From the NCBI GenBank assembly GCA_041577335.1, contig JBFGJH010000028.1, forward strand, positions 1 through 37,342: a stretch of 37,342 nucleotides of DNA, written 5' to 3'. The translations under genes were made by a program, and so were the position numbers. The stretch's first letter is position 1. Every line of letters begins with the position of its first letter. This document shows, piece after piece, positions 19,281-28,073 of this stretch. Under the pieces are notes generated by a model. That model saw only the letters and a list, made by a program, of their open reading frames with translations, searched no databases and had not been told where the DNA came from. Origin of the DNA: Acidimicrobiia bacterium. GTDB taxonomy: Bacteria > Actinomycetota > Acidimicrobiia > Spongiisociales > JAENVV01.

Positions 19281-20633
19281 ATGCTGTATCGGCTTCGTGC
19301 TCGGTTTCTGTGGGCGGTCGCCCGACTGGTGACAGCCGGCCTGTTTCAAAGCCTCGAGGTGAAGGGCCGCGAATCCCATGCCCGAAAGCCCCGGCTCGTC
19401 ATTGCCAATCATTTCAACGGATTGGTCGACGTCGTCCTCCTCATCGTCGCCCTAGGCGACTATCCGTTGTTCATTGCCAAGTCGACCCTGTTCGACCGCC
19501 TCCCGACGAGATTGCTGCTCAAGGCGGTCGGGGCGATACCCGTGTACCGCCCAGTCGACGGGGCAGACGCTCGCAACAACGAAGAGGCGTTCGCCAAGGT
19601 CTACGAAGCGTGGAATCGGGGGAGAACTGTGGCCATCTTCCCGGAAGGCACGGTTCCCGAAGAGGAGCGGCTTCAGCCGCTTCGCACCGGCGCCGCCCGT
19701 ATGGCACTCGGGGCGATCGAGGCCGGCGTCGGCGACCTCGAAGTGCTCCCTGTCGGCATCACCTATCTCGACAAATCAGCATCGCGATCGCGCGCACTCG
19801 TCGGCATAGGAGAACCGATCGCCGCTGCGGATCTCTCTGCGGAACGGCTGCAAATCCCAACCCGTTCCGATAGCTCTGCCGAAAGCTCTTCGCCTCTACA
19901 TCGACCGAGTGACGTCACAGCAATACGTGCGGCGACGGAGCTTCTCACGGAACGGCTGAGTGCGCTTCCGGCTGCCTACGGGAGCCTGGCTCGGAAAGCT
20001 CGGCTCCTCCTGATTGCCGACGTGGTGATCAGTGCCGAGGTCGCTCATCCGTATGACCAACCGACCATGTCCTCGCTGGTGGCTTTGGCCGACCGGATCG
20101 CAGCCCTTCCCGGCGACGTGCAGGACGAGATCTTCGATCGTATGGGCCGGTACCACCTCGACCTGGCGAATCTCGGCGTCCGTGACGATCATCTGGTCCC
20201 GGCTGTGCGATTGCGCGACCTCTTGCGCAAATTGAGTCTCACGGCACTAACGCTGTTGCTGGTGACACCGCTGGCGTATATCAGCTTCCTGACCAACGTC
20301 GTGCCCATCATTCTGACCATCCTGGTGGGCACGGCCGTGCGCGAACCGGTGACGAAAGGCACTGCCCGTGTCCTGGTAGCACTGGTGGCATTCCCGGCAG
20401 CGTGGGCCCTCTCGATGTGGACGTCTCAGTTGGTGGGTTGGCAAGTGGTGGTATACGGGCTGGCCTTGGCGGTGGGCTCCATCCTGATCGTGATCGGCGC
20501 CCAAAGTGCTCTTGCGGCGATCGACGCGGGTCTCGGCTGGTGGAGATCATGGAGCAGGGCAGCGATGGTCACGATGGCGTTGCGAACTCGAGCGAGCGCC
20601 GTCGACTACGTGCGGGCCCAACTCTCCTCATGA
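19281..20633 (+). CDS. PlsC-like lysophospholipid/glycerolipid acyltransferase with C-terminal TM helices
   Basis: NHFNGLVD (NHx4D-like), FIAKSTLF, GAIPVYR, IFPEG, LRTGAAR, PVGI.Y. Confidence 0.88.
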   Translation: MLYRLRARFLWAVARLVTAGLFQSLEVKGRESHARKPRLVIANHFNGLVDVVLLIVALGDYPLFIAKSTLFDRLPTRLLLKAVGAIPVYRPVDGADARNNEEAFAKVYEAWNRGRTVAIFPEGTVPEEERLQPLRTGAARMALGAIEAGVGDLEVLPVGITYLDKSASRSRALVGIGEPIAAADLSAERLQIPTRSDSSAESSSPLHRPSDVTAIRAATELLTERLSALPAAYGSLARKARLLLIADVVISAEVAHPYDQPTMSSLVALADRIAALPGDVQDEIFDRMGRYHLDLANLGVRDDHLVPAVRLRDLLRKLSLTALTLLLVTPLAYISFLTNVVPIILTILVGTAVREPVTKGTARVLVALVAFPAAWALSMWTSQLVGWQVVVYGLALAVGSILIVIGAQSALAAIDAGLGWWRSWSRAAMVTMALRTRASAVDYVRAQLSS

Positions 20634-21280
20634 AACCCGAGGCCCTTGCTGGCAATGACCGTTGCCGCCGCGGCGAGGAGATGCCAGAGGCCGTGGCCCT
20701 GCATCACACTGTCGGGCTTGCAAAGCGGACCGTCAGTTCGACTGAGCGCGTGAACGCCGACGCCTGCTGCACCCGTCGCAGCCGCTGCCGCCAAAGCCCG
20801 CCAGTCGTGCGGCGTGTGATCAGCCTGGATTCTCTGCCAGGTGGCGGCCAGGACGGCAGCCGCAGTGATCGCAGACAGGCCATCTTGGCTTCCTGGAGAG
20901 ATTGCTCGGACTGCGCCTGCTCCCGCCAAAGCTGCGCCAATGGCGGGGATGAGTGCGACGTCGGCGAGGTTGCGGCGGTCGTGCTCCGAGGCAAGCGCAA
21001 GCACCACCGGAGGCGCCAGCAAGGTGACATCGTGGAGCCACGGAGCCATCCGCCCGCCGGGCCCGTGGTACACGGCGGAACCGATACCGGCGGCAGCAAG
21101 CGCCCATCCCGCCCAGCGTGCTCCTGAGCGCGACTGTCGAACGGCTTTCGAGCGACGGGCAAGGCCGACTCCGACGGCGGTTATGACCAGGCTGGTCAGC
21201 GTATTCACCGGCTGGCCGATGCGGGGCTTGACGCGTTCGCAATCGGATCGAGCGGGATGGTCATCGGAAATGGCGGGCAC
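20606..21280 (-). CDS. ceramidase-like (CREST superfamily) membrane protein
   Basis: DCE....QPVNTLTSL, GIGSAVYH (SxxxH), HD, C-terminal QGHGLWH (HxxxH); several TMs; starts 6 nt after the upstream stop. Confidence 0.72.
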   Translation of the reverse strand: MPAISDDHPARSDCERVKPRIGQPVNTLTSLVITAVGVGLARRSKAVRQSRSGARWAGWALAAAGIGSAVYHGPGGRMAPWLHDVTLLAPPVVLALASEHDRRNLADVALIPAIGAALAGAGAVRAISPGSQDGLSAITAAAVLAATWQRIQADHTPHDWRALAAAAATGAAGVGVHALSRTDGPLCKPDSVMQGHGLWHLLAAAATVIASKGLGFHEESWART

Positions 21281-21286
21281 GAGCCT

Positions 21287-22870
21287 TCATCGTAGCGCCT
21301 GTGAGGGCGTATCCGGGCGCGATCCGAGCGGCCGTCTCCACGACCGATTGGACCGCCAAAAAAGCCAAGTCCCGAGACCAAGCGGGATCGGAGGAAAGAA
21401 GGTGAGCGCTCGAAAGAGCAAGACTCCCGCCACGATGGCGGCCTCCGAATCCCCGCCGGCGCTGAGCAGCAGCAGACCCACATAGCCTGCGTCGACGATC
21501 CCCAAACCGCCTGGTGTGAGCGGTACGCCGCTGAGCAGTCGGGCAAGAGAAAACGCTGCCAGAAGAGCGAAGAGGCTGATGTCGGTGACTCCGACGAACC
21601 GCATCGACGCGACAAAGACGGAGAACATGGCCAGGTGATTGGCGAGCATTGCGATCGTCAGCCGTTTCCAAGCCTTGCTGACGAGCTCGCCAAGGGTGGA
21701 TCTGAAGACCTCGAGGCGGGCCGAGAAGTCGATGGGCTCGCGGCCCAGCAGCCTCAGGGGAGGATTGATGATCCTTGCCAAGACGCGGCCGACCGCAGCG
21801 GCGCCCGAGGCCGATCTCAGAACGGTGATCAGGGTGCCGGAGATGAGCGCGAGCACTGCGGCACTCGTGAGCGGGACCGTCCAGCCGGCGACGCTATCGC
21901 CGCTGGTGAGCGCCAGAAGCCCGAATGCCGCCACGGGAAGTCCCGCCTTGATGAATCCGTCCCATACACCCGCCGTGAGCAGCGCTGCCCATACCCGCTC
22001 CGAGGTGAATCCCCACGACAAATAGATGGCGTAGTTGACTCCCACGGCGATCGCTCCGCCTGCCGGCACGGTGTTGGAGAAGGCCGTTCCTGAAAGCTGG
22101 TTGACGGCAGCTTCTCGCAGCCGCAGTGTTGGGAGTACCGCCATCAACACCGGCCAGTAGGCGGCGAGAAACCACACCGCCAGGATCACGAGAACGATGA
22201 CCTCACCGGTGGTCAGATCGGTGATGATGGGGAGGACCTCGGAGTAGTCGGTGAGGCGCGGAAAGAGTCCTCCGAATACCGCGGCCATGATGCCGAGCGT
22301 CACCACGGCGCGCGCCACCTTGTTGCCTGTAGACCGTTCGAGCGGGGAAGAAGTCCCGTCGTCGGGTGGCAGGTCGCTCGATCTCGGCCCCGTTGAGTCG
22401 GCGCCTTCCAGCGGCAGGGTCATGAATGTGCTGGTGGCTTTGGCGGGATAGTCGCCGAAAGCTCCGCACGGGACGAAACCGCAAGTCGCGTAGAGCTTGC
22501 GGGCTGGCGCGAAAGCCTCCTGAGACCCGGTTTCCAGGCTCACCTGTCGGGCACCTCGGGAGATGGCCGTGTCGACGAGATGGTCTACGAGGGCGCGTCC
22601 AACTCCCCGGCGCCGCGCCGAGGTGGCGGTGTGCATCGATTTGATCTCGAAGTGGTCTTCGTCGAGCTGCTTGAGCGCTCCGACGCCCAATAGCGCTCCG
22701 CCCTCGCGAACGCTGAACATCGTGATGTCGGGGCTGAGAAGGCGCTCGATATCGAGGGCATGGACGTTCTCGGGCTGTGTCGTGCTCACCGCATATTCGA
22801 GGTGCTGTTGAAGGAGGGCGTACACGTCGGCGGCGCGTGGATCATCCACGGCAATGACCCAGCGGTTCAT
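21287..22870 (-). CDS. fusion protein: N-terminal GNAT acetyltransferase + C-terminal lysylphosphatidylglycerol-synthase TM (UPF0104/YbhN-like) domain
   Basis: aa 1-155: HALD..L, GALK.LD..H.EIKSMHT...RRRGVG, SLETGS...F.PAR.LY...GF..CG.FGDY; then a low-complexity linker; then a multi-TM domain with SNTVPAGG, VPLTPGGLGIVDAG, AGVLLFRALTF. Confidence 0.85.
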   Translation of the reverse strand: MNRWVIAVDDPRAADVYALLQQHLEYAVSTTQPENVHALDIERLLSPDITMFSVREGGALLGVGALKQLDEDHFEIKSMHTATSARRRGVGRALVDHLVDTAISRGARQVSLETGSQEAFAPARKLYATCGFVPCGAFGDYPAKATSTFMTLPLEGADSTGPRSSDLPPDDGTSSPLERSTGNKVARAVVTLGIMAAVFGGLFPRLTDYSEVLPIITDLTTGEVIVLVILAVWFLAAYWPVLMAVLPTLRLREAAVNQLSGTAFSNTVPAGGAIAVGVNYAIYLSWGFTSERVWAALLTAGVWDGFIKAGLPVAAFGLLALTSGDSVAGWTVPLTSAAVLALISGTLITVLRSASGAAAVGRVLARIINPPLRLLGREPIDFSARLEVFRSTLGELVSKAWKRLTIAMLANHLAMFSVFVASMRFVGVTDISLFALLAAFSLARLLSGVPLTPGGLGIVDAGYVGLLLLSAGGDSEAAIVAGVLLFRALTFFPPIPLGLGTWLFWRSNRSWRRPLGSRPDTPSQALR

Positions 22871-22928
22871 GTATCGAACGCTACCGGACCGGCAGTGGGA
22901 TCACCGCAAGCGCCCGACCGGTTTCGCA

Positions 22929-24008
22929 TCACCGGACGATGGCGTCGACTGGGGAGTCGCCTTCTGGGACAGGGGACTCTGCCAGCTGGTCCGTACTGCA
23001 CGACGTGGGATCGCGATCCGGTCGCCAGCGGAGCATCCGGGTGGTGCCTCGGAAGCGGCCGGCGGTGGCCCATGTGTACTGCACCTCGACCACCCTCTCG
23101 GGTTTCACCGGTATCCACGAGTGATCACGACCGCCGGCGCCGCTCCATCGGTTGGGAGCGCCGGGCATTGACCCGTCTGCGTTGGCCTCGGCGTTCATCC
23201 ACTCCGACCAGGGATGCTCGCCGATGTTGTCGAGTACCAGAGGTTCCATCTCTTTGGCGAGCTCCACCCTTTTCTTGGCGGTGAAGCTGGCGGCCACCCC
23301 GACATGCCAGAGCTGGCCTTCGGGGCTGTACAGGCCGAGAATGAGTGACCCAACGCCGTCACCTGATTTGTGGATCCGGTAGCCGGCTACCACACAGTCG
23401 GCGCTCCGCACATGCTTGAGCTTGAACTGTGTGCGCTTGTTCGGGGTATACGAATCGCCGAGCGGCTTGATGATGAGCCCGTCGAGGCCGGCTGCCTCTG
23501 TGGTATCGAACCATTCCATGGCGATTGTCGGATCGTAGGTGGCGGGAGCCAGATGTATCGGGGAAGAGAAGGAGCCTGCGACGCCCTCGAGCGCGGTACG
23601 CCGCTCGGAAAACGGGCGGTCGACGAACGCCTCGTCGCCCAAGGCCAGGATGTCGAATGCGACAAAGTCGGCGGGAGTTTCCTTGGCGAGCATTTGGACC
23701 CGAGAGTCGGCCGGGTGGATTCTCTGGCCCAGCGCGTCGAAGTCGAGTCGACCGTCGATTGACACGATGATCTCGCCGTCGACGACGCATCGGACCGGGA
23801 GGCTCTGGCGGAAGGGCTCGAGCAATTCGGGGAAGTAGCGATTGAGGGGCTTTTCGTTGCGGGAGCCCATCACGATCTCATCGCCGTCGCGAAACACGAT
23901 GCACCGATACCCATCCCATTTTGGCTCGTACGACACGTCTCCCTCGGGGAGCTTGGGCACAGGTTTGGCGAGCATAGGCTTGAGCGGCGGCATCACAGGA
24001 AGGTCCAT
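22929..24008 (-). CDS. ligC: ATP-dependent DNA ligase (LigC-type)
   Basis: MDLPVMPPL.PMLAK, YEPKWDGYR (motif I Lys), SRN.KPL.RYFPE, DGEI, FVAFDIL, KLKH.R.ADCVV.GYR.HK, RWRPDRDP.SC. Confidence 0.93.
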   Translation of the reverse strand: MDLPVMPPLKPMLAKPVPKLPEGDVSYEPKWDGYRCIVFRDGDEIVMGSRNEKPLNRYFPELLEPFRQSLPVRCVVDGEIIVSIDGRLDFDALGQRIHPADSRVQMLAKETPADFVAFDILALGDEAFVDRPFSERRTALEGVAGSFSSPIHLAPATYDPTIAMEWFDTTEAAGLDGLIIKPLGDSYTPNKRTQFKLKHVRSADCVVAGYRIHKSGDGVGSLILGLYSPEGQLWHVGVAASFTAKKRVELAKEMEPLVLDNIGEHPWSEWMNAEANADGSMPGAPNRWSGAGGRDHSWIPVKPERVVEVQYTWATAGRFRGTTRMLRWRPDRDPTSCSTDQLAESPVPEGDSPVDAIVR

Positions 24009-24063
24009 GGAGTCAGCCTATCGACCTCGCTGCCCTTTCAATGGTCGTATCGGTGGAGCGCCC

Positions 24064-24104
24064 AACATGAGAGAACGCCGCACTCGGCAGCGTTCTCTCA
24101 TGTT
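24064..24104. repeat. perfect 15-bp inverted repeat (REP-like palindrome or stem-loop)
   Basis: AACATGAGAGAACGC (24064-24078) / GCGTTCTCTCATGTT (24090-24104), 11-nt loop. Confidence 0.75.
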
Positions 24105-24281
24105 TTCGCCATCGCCGACTTGGAACGGTCTAGGTGGGGTCAGCCACCTTTGACGGCTTCTTTGTATAGGTTTCGCACGAGCATTTCGGAACGGTACAAG
24201 ATCCCTCCCGATGCTCCGAGTTGGGGTGACCGCAGCCGACGCAGCGTTCCCGACCGCCGTCGACTCGCTTCGTGGCGGAGA

Positions 24282-24536
24282 TCAGCGGGAGCGTTCCTTG
24301 GCGACGTTCACCGTCAGCGCCCGTCCGTCGACATTCTGGCCGTTCAGCGCGTCGATCGCAGCGTTGGCCGCTGCGGATGTCGACATCTCGACGAATCCAA
24401 AGCCACGAGACCGGCCCGTGTCCCGGTCGGTGATGACTTGCGCCTTGGTGACTTCGCCGTGTTCGGCGAAGAGCCGCTCCAGATCGGCTGAGGTGGTGTT
24501 GAATGTGAGGTTGCCCACATAGATATTTCCGGACAT
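24282..24536 (-). CDS. RRM-domain RNA-binding protein
   Basis: RNP2 IYVGNL and RNP1 RGFGFVEM; DRDTGRSRG, ALNG..VDGR.LTVN.A; GAAGGGAG RBS; start at ATG 24536. Confidence 0.95.
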   Translation of the reverse strand: MSGNIYVGNLTFNTTSADLERLFAEHGEVTKAQVITDRDTGRSRGFGFVEMSTSAAANAAIDALNGQNVDGRALTVNVAKERSR

Positions 24537-24710
24537 GTTGTGCTCCCTTCGAAGCGTTGAACCGTCAACTCTGACGCTCCTCAAGCTGCGATCCGAAAGC
24601 CGACGGCGAGGCCGTCGGCAAGAGCATGCAGGTCCTGCGGTGATTCCGCCCGACGGAACAAGGGGCGGATCTAGCGCTGTACGCATCGGGCGTACGCATA
24701 TACCAGCGTA
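24537..24710 (-). promoter_or_regulatory. candidate -10 box (TACGCT) and structured 5' leader of the RRM gene
   Basis: TACGCT on the minus strand at 24705-24710; hairpins at 24599-24619 (9-bp perfect), 24645-24669 (7 bp) and 24679-24695 (6 bp). Confidence 0.5.
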
Positions 24711-24812
24711 GCGGACTTCGCCCGCCAACCACTTTCGGCTCGGCGCCGCGGGTCGGCAATGAGAGGGTTGGATGGCCGACATCATGGGTAGAGCATGGCA
24801 AGGAGGTGAGAA

Positions 24813-25235
24813 ATGGTCGATGGTCCAAGCCCGCACGGCGATCTCGAGACGTGTGGAACGAAGAAGCCCCAACAATCCGCGAGGGATGTCGTCCGCAATG
24901 TTGCTCTCGGCGTCGGGGCGCTTGCGCTTGGGATTGCCGGGGCGATGATACCTGTGCTCCCTGGATGGCTATTCGGCCTTGTCGGGTTGGTGCTGTTGGG
25001 CTCAGCCTTTCCTCCCCTGAGACGAATCATCAGCAATCTCATCGTTCGGTCAGGCTCATTCATCGATCGATGTGTTGCGAGCCCCTCAGCCAATCGTCTG
25101 CTGGTCCGCACGCTCGGCTTTCCGGCGATCCGGCGGTCCCTCGAGCCCTCGGCGCGCTGGACGCTCCTCAACCGTGCTGCGCGGCGGGCAACGCAGAACA
25201 CCTCCGATGAATCCGCAGAGGAACGGCGGAGGTGA
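24813..25235 (+). CDS. hypothetical membrane protein (PGPGW/DUF454-like hairpin)
   Basis: Strong AGGAGGTG RBS; hydrophobic LGIAGAMIPVLPGWLFGLVGL hairpin. Confidence 0.7.
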   Translation: MVDGPSPHGDLETCGTKKPQQSARDVVRNVALGVGALALGIAGAMIPVLPGWLFGLVGLVLLGSAFPPLRRIISNLIVRSGSFIDRCVASPSANRLLVRTLGFPAIRRSLEPSARWTLLNRAARRATQNTSDESAEERRR

Positions 25236-25345
25236 AGACCCGAGATCGGTAGCCGACTCGGGCCAGCTCCGCGCCCACCTCGACTTGGCGTTGTAGTTTT
25301 GAGCACCGGTCGCCCGCTCTGGCGAGCTCCAGCTCCGAGCCGCGT

Positions 25346-25497
25346 CTACCCACCCATCTCTTCGACTGTGGCGGCCATATCTTCGGGGGAGACATCACGA
25401 ATGTGTGTGCAACGACCAGTGGTGGCCGAAAGGGTCGACGACCAACGATGCGCGATCCCCGTAGACCCTCGAGGCCGTGGGGTACGGAGTGAACCAT
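25346..25497 (-). pseudogene. VOC/glyoxalase (PhnB-like) gene remnant with internal deletion and frameshift
   Basis: GGAGGAGG RBS then MVHSVPHGLEG; in another frame YGDRASLVVDPFGHHWSL; then a shift in a CACACACA run to HIRDVSPEDMAATVEEMGG*. Confidence 0.7.
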
Positions 25498-25576
25498 GCA
25501 GCACCTCCTCCGCAGCAGGTCGGTTCACCGGTCACCCTCCGCTCTCGCCCATCTGGGTGGCCCGACGTGGCAATCT

Positions 25577-26242
25577 ATGCCGATGGACCGAGGCCGCAGT
25601 GTGGATCCAGCGAATTCCGCCGCACACGCCATCGAGAGCACGGCGATCGTCGCCGGTGCGCTTGCAGTTGTATCCGAGGCTCGCTCCGTCGTGCTCGTTG
25701 AAGGCGACAGCGACCGAGCCGCGCTCGAAACGTTGGCGATTCGCTCCGGCACAGATCTCGCAGCCGAGGGGATCTCCATCGTCTCGATGGGCGGCGCCAC
25801 GCCTGTTGGTTACTTCATCGATGCACTAGGCCCCAACGGATCGAACTGCGAGCTGGCCGGTCTGTGTGATGAGGGCGAGGAAGGGCACTTTCGGCGCGCC
25901 CTCGAAGCGTTGGGCTTGGGACCGAACACTCCTCGCTCGGCGATGGAAGAGCTCGGGTTCTTCGTGTGTGTGCCCGACCTGGAGGTGGAGTTGATCCGGT
26001 GCCTCGGCGCTGCTCTTGTGCTGGAGGTGGTCGAATCTGCCGGCGAGCTCGACACATTCCGGACGTTCCAGAACCAACGGGCGTGGCGAGATCAGTCCAC
26101 GGAGGCTCAGCTCCGGCGGTTCTTGGGCACACGGTCCGGGCGGAAGATCCGGTATGGACGATTGCTGGTGGAGGCGCTCGATTTGGCGCGGGTTCCTCGG
26201 CCGCTCGAAGCAGTCCTGACATTCGTGAGCCTGTCGTCGTGA
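25577..26242 (+). CDS. standalone OLD-family-like TOPRIM domain protein
   Basis: VVLVEGDSD..ALE.LA, IVSMGG, GLCD, FFVC..DLE.ELI, K..YGR; exact start uncertain (25577 or 25583). Confidence 0.78.
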   Translation: MPMDRGRSVDPANSAAHAIESTAIVAGALAVVSEARSVVLVEGDSDRAALETLAIRSGTDLAAEGISIVSMGGATPVGYFIDALGPNGSNCELAGLCDEGEEGHFRRALEALGLGPNTPRSAMEELGFFVCVPDLEVELIRCLGAALVLEVVESAGELDTFRTFQNQRAWRDQSTEAQLRRFLGTRSGRKIRYGRLLVEALDLARVPRPLEAVLTFVSLSS

Positions 26243-26438
26243 AATGCACAAGGCATTGGCGCGGAGATCACCCTGCCGCTTGGCAACCGCACAAGGTCAT
26301 TGGTCTCTGGTAACTCCGTGCTTTTCGAGCGATTGTGGAGCCCTGGGGGACAGGTGCGACGCCGGAGGATCGGCCCCGCCGGCGAGAACAATCGGCCGAC
26401 CTAACCGGCCAACTCCAGGGGGCAACAGGGAGGCGCCA

Positions 26439-26804
26439 ATGGAAGAAACGCGAATCGTTCTGTCAGGATTGTGGGTAGCACTCATGCTCGTCTATCTCCT
26501 CGGCGATGTGCTGCGGATCTTCAGCGGTGACGCCAAACCCGGCGAGATGGCTGGGCAGCAAGCGACACAATGGATGTGGCTCGCTGCCGCCATGGTCATG
26601 CTGATCCCTATCGCCATGGTCGTGCTGTCGTTGACGATGGGATTTCCGGCAATCCGATGGGTGACCATCGTCGCCGCCGGTTTTCTCGTGATATTCAACA
26701 TCTTCGGTCTTCCCTACGAATCCGCCTATGACAACTTCCTGATCGTGGTGAGCCTCGGATTGAATGCCGTCACTGCCTGGTACGCATGGAACTGGGCTAT
26801 GTGA
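26439..26804 (+). CDS. DUF6326-like membrane protein
   Basis: LSGLWVALMLVYL.GD, IP..MV.LSL, RW..I, WYAW.W; GGGAGG RBS before ATG 26439. Confidence 0.78.
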   Translation: MEETRIVLSGLWVALMLVYLLGDVLRIFSGDAKPGEMAGQQATQWMWLAAAMVMLIPIAMVVLSLTMGFPAIRWVTIVAAGFLVIFNIFGLPYESAYDNFLIVVSLGLNAVTAWYAWNWAM

Positions 26805-26887
26805 CCGCTCGTCCGGAAGGCGGCGCGGGCGAGGCGCCACCAAACGCCGTCGCTAGATTCGGTCCATCGACTACCAGGAGGAGCAGC

Positions 26888-27256
26888 GTGCCCGGCGGAT
26901 CGGATTACCAGGGACCACCCGAAGCACTCGAGCGATATGCAGCCATCGTCACCCGAAGCAGCGGTGACACCGTTGTGAAGGGTGCCAAGAACCCGTATAC
27001 GTCTCTGAACGGCCACATGTTCAGCTTTCTCGATGTCGACGGATCCATGGCAATACGTTTGTCGGATACGATGCGCGACGAGTTTTTATCCGAATACGAC
27101 AGTGGACCGGTCATCCAATACGGGAGCGTGATGCGCGGCTACGTCTCTGTTCCCGAGGCGCTCTTCGCCGACTCGGAGAAGTCTGCGTACTGGTTCGACC
27201 GAAGCCGGGAGTGGATAGCCACGCTCGATCCCAAGCCAACCAAGGGCAAGAAGTAG
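26888..27256 (+). CDS. hypothetical protein, TfoX-N-like
   Basis: AGGAGGAG RBS before GTG 26888; PYTSLNGHMFSFL, YG.VMR.YV.VP, C-terminal L.PKPTK. Confidence 0.72.
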   Translation: MPGGSDYQGPPEALERYAAIVTRSSGDTVVKGAKNPYTSLNGHMFSFLDVDGSMAIRLSDTMRDEFLSEYDSGPVIQYGSVMRGYVSVPEALFADSEKSAYWFDRSREWIATLDPKPTKGKK

Positions 27257-27268
27257 CTCTTCGGCCTG

Positions 27269-27715
27269 CTAGCCCTGCCCGCCGGCTTCGCGTCGCTCGA
27301 AGCGCAGGCGGAGCGCAGGGTGCCCGGTGGCTTCTTCAATGTGTCGATCCACGAGTTCGAAACCGTACGCGGCGTAGAACCGACGGCCTATTGCGTTGGC
27401 CTCGAAGACTTCGAGCTCCAGGCACGGGCGTGAATCCCGAGCGGTATCCATGAGCGCACGCCCGATCCCGAGTCGCTGATAGTCGGGGTCGACGAAGATG
27501 GCGCCCACTTCGTTGCCGGCCAGCGCGAGAAAACCGACAACCCGGCCGTCGGCCTCGAAAACGGTCGTTTCGGTCACAGGGAGCCAAACCTCGGCGATCT
27601 GGCGGCGCTCCGCCTCAAAGAACGCTTCGGTGAGAAACGGGTGGGCCGCCAGCGACGCTCGATGCCACACGTCGAGCAGTTCACTCAGGTCGTCGTCGCG
27701 GTACGGGCGGATCAC
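27269..27715 (-). CDS. GNAT family N-acetyltransferase (YjaB/YiaC-like)
   Basis: W..AS..AHPFL, GF.AL...EVGAIFVDP..Q..GIGRAL, LEVFEAN..GRRFY..YGF. Confidence 0.9.
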   Translation of the reverse strand: MIRPYRDDDLSELLDVWHRASLAAHPFLTEAFFEAERRQIAEVWLPVTETTVFEADGRVVGFLALAGNEVGAIFVDPDYQRLGIGRALMDTARDSRPCLELEVFEANAIGRRFYAAYGFELVDRHIEEATGHPALRLRFERREAGGQG

Positions 27716-28073
27716 GTCAGAAGTAGCTCACGACGTCGGTGCCCAACGACTTCGACGACGCCCGGCACGGTCATTGCGCGTTCGGGGACGGATCGATCGT
27801 GACGCGTCGACGCGACCGCGTCTGACAGTCCTCGTTTTGATGAAGCATGGCTGGAGTCCAGAGCCTCGGCTGGGAGGGGCTCGTCATTGTCCGATTGTGG
27901 CAGGCCGTGGCTCGCTCCGTGGAGAATGGCTCGCACCTGTGACAGCACTCCGAGCGGCACGCAGCCATTGATCAGCACTACGGCGCGAATGGCGCCATGG
28001 TGGCTGAGCCCATTCAGGGCACCGACGGGCGGAAGGGTCGGAGGCGAGTGCTCCCGGCTGGTATTTTGGGCGT

